A stretch of 63,213 bases of DNA, the filler included, from Octopus bimaculoides (taxonomy: Eukaryota): NCBI RefSeq assembly GCF_001194135.2. It is 6 parts of 6 records of this genome, joined end to end, with 100 filler letters (N's around TTAATTAATTAA, not from the genome) between each part and the next. Parts side by side here need not be neighbours in the genome. Positions count along the whole stretch, not along the records: positions 59,294 to 63,213 come from NW_026336217.1; 5 more parts are not named here. One strand, given 5' to 3'. Positions 61,507-63,213 of the stretch are shown piece after piece. Within the stretch, counting starts at the first letter, position 1. Every line of letters starts with the position of its first letter. A program made the translations under genes and the position numbers. The notes beneath the pieces were generated by a model. It was not told where the DNA came from and made no database searches. It saw only the letters and a list, made by a program, of their open reading frames with translations.

Positions 61507-62557
61507 CTGGCGTCTTCCAGTGTCTGTTTACCAAATCCATTCATAAGGCTTTGGTCGGCCTGAGGTTATAGTAGAAAACACTTGAGCTAAGGTGCCGCGC
61601 AGTGGGACTGAACATGGAACCATGTAGTTTGGAAGCAATCTTCTTACCAAAAAATGGAAAGAAAGTAGAGATCGCTCCACAGTATGTTTGCATTCATAAA
61701 AAAACTCACGCATAATCTTTCGATAATCTTTCGCTTTAAGAATCCATAAAGTGTAGAAAACGAATTCGCTCTAATTAAAATCCTGCAATGAAATTGAACG
61801 GATATATTTTCCTCGTCCTCAAGTATATCTGGAAATTTTTGGCGTCTTTGAAACTTTCGGACGGTAAACGCCTCTGAAAATCGTAAACGGCATAAGAAAC
61901 ACTGATGATCTCTTAAAAAGAAATGATTTCTTTCGACATATTTTACAATGCTTAAGACATTTTGGGGGTTTTGATCGATGTAGCTGAAGGACACAAGGAT
62001 GAAACTAATCATTCCAGGCAAAAGGATAAAACAAATTTAGGTATACCGNNNNNNNNNNNNNNNNNNNNNNNNNNNNNNNNNNNNNNNNNNNNNNNNNNNN
62101 NNNNNNNNNNNNNNNNNNNNNNNNNNNNNNNNNNNNNNNNNNNNNNNNNNNNNNNNNNNNNNNNNNNNNNNNNNNNNNNNNNNNNNNNNNNNNNNNNNNN
62201 NNNNNNNNNNNNNNNNNNNNNNNNNNNNNNNNNNNNNNNNNNNNNNNNNNNNNNNNNNNNNNNNNNNNNNNNNNNNNNNNNNNNNNNNNNNNNNNNNNNN
62301 NNNNNNNNNNNNNNNNNNNNNNNNNNNNNNNNNNNNNNNNNNNNNNNNNNNNNNNNNNNNNNNNNNNNNNNNNNNNNNNNNNNNNNNNNNNNNNNNNNNN
62401 NNNNNNNNNNNNNNNNNNNNNNNNNNCTCATTTAATCGACTCTGGAAGAAGGGAAGACAAACTACACCGCGGCAGAATTTGAATACATAACGTAAAGATG
62501 GACGAAATGCTGCTAATCATTTCGCCTAACGTGCGAATGTTTTGCTAGATCTCCCCC

Positions 62558-62633
<76 letters not shown>

Positions 62634-62635
<2 letters not shown>

Positions 62636-63150
62636 GCATACACCGGAAAATGTAATGAACGAAAAGGAGAAGGTAAAAAGCCTCTGGGTCATTGATTTTC
62701 AGACAGACAAGTAGTCAGCGCATCGTAGGCCGAATATAATATTCTTTAAGAAGGACAAGCAAGAGGGACAAATAATCGATGTGGCCGTCACAGAAGATTA
62801 ACATATTACCATGAAAAAAAAGAAAAGGTTTATAAATATTGAGATCTGAGAAATGAGATCTTCGAGATGTGACAGCTACAAGAATCAAGCATAAAGTTTG
62901 TCCCTGTTGTCATCGGAGCATTGGGTTCAATACCAACTAACCTGATAAAAATTCTGAAAACTTTAGAAATACCCTACAATCAAGGCGTATTGCAAAAACC
63001 GGCATTACTTGGAATTGTATGCATACTACGTAAAGGAGTGTGTCTGAGGTTCTTGTTATGCCTTGACAGATGGTACAAACCCCCGGTACACACAACTCCT
63101 TCAATCAACAACATCACGTGTTTCAATACTGTGGGACGTCTTCTATAATG
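62634..63150 (+). mobile_element. 5'-truncated R4/Dong-like non-LTR retrotransposon (restriction-like endonuclease domain) abutting (TAA)n
   Basis: QHTPENV...LW.IDFQTDK*..HRRPNII...IIDVAV...VPVVIGALGSIP...LQKPALLG. Starts immediately after the (TAA)n tract at 62559-62633. Confidence 0.8.
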
Positions 63151-63174
63151 ACGACAGCAGCAACAGCAGCACCG

Positions 63175-63213
<39 letters not shown>

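Noticed and set aside
61644-62021. 125-aa - strand ORF
   Set aside because: No recognisable motif or splice structure; likely a chance ORF.

Overview
Repeat-rich, AT-rich eukaryotic genomic DNA from a gapped draft assembly. The SINE/RTE/Helitron/MITE and microsatellite repertoire looks like an octopus (coleoid cephalopod) genome; this is my recognition, not a database result. Two spliced host genes are supported. (1) A complete, apparently intact ITPA (inosine triphosphate pyrophosphatase) in three coding exons: 12820-12903, 18386-18578, 19400-19692; 189 aa. (2) A BCL7-family gene (SWI/SNF/BAF subunit) with about seven visible + strand exons from 42226 to 55774; its first coding exon is not visible and probably lies in an assembly gap. 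A weaker candidate is a divergently transcribed gene whose first exon (8157-8237, - strand) would share a CpG-rich promoter with ITPA. The rest is mostly degenerate mobile DNA: hAT/Buster, two Tc1/mariner remnants, a Helitron helicase, Gypsy LTR pieces with tRNA-Trp primer sites, a Penelope GIY-YIG domain, RTE, L2/Crack-like and R4/Dong-like LINEs, Merlin-, piggyBac- and hAT-type MITEs, and several foldback hairpins. Five artificial N44-TTAATTAATTAA-N44 linkers mark scaffold joins. I found no CRISPR, rRNA or intact tRNA genes, and no unambiguous new biological system. The best leads are the candidate divergent gene, the modular BCL7 tail with a 23-nt microexon, intronic dsRNA foldbacks, and Merlin-like MITEs carrying a CCAAT+CRE motif and telomeric repeats.
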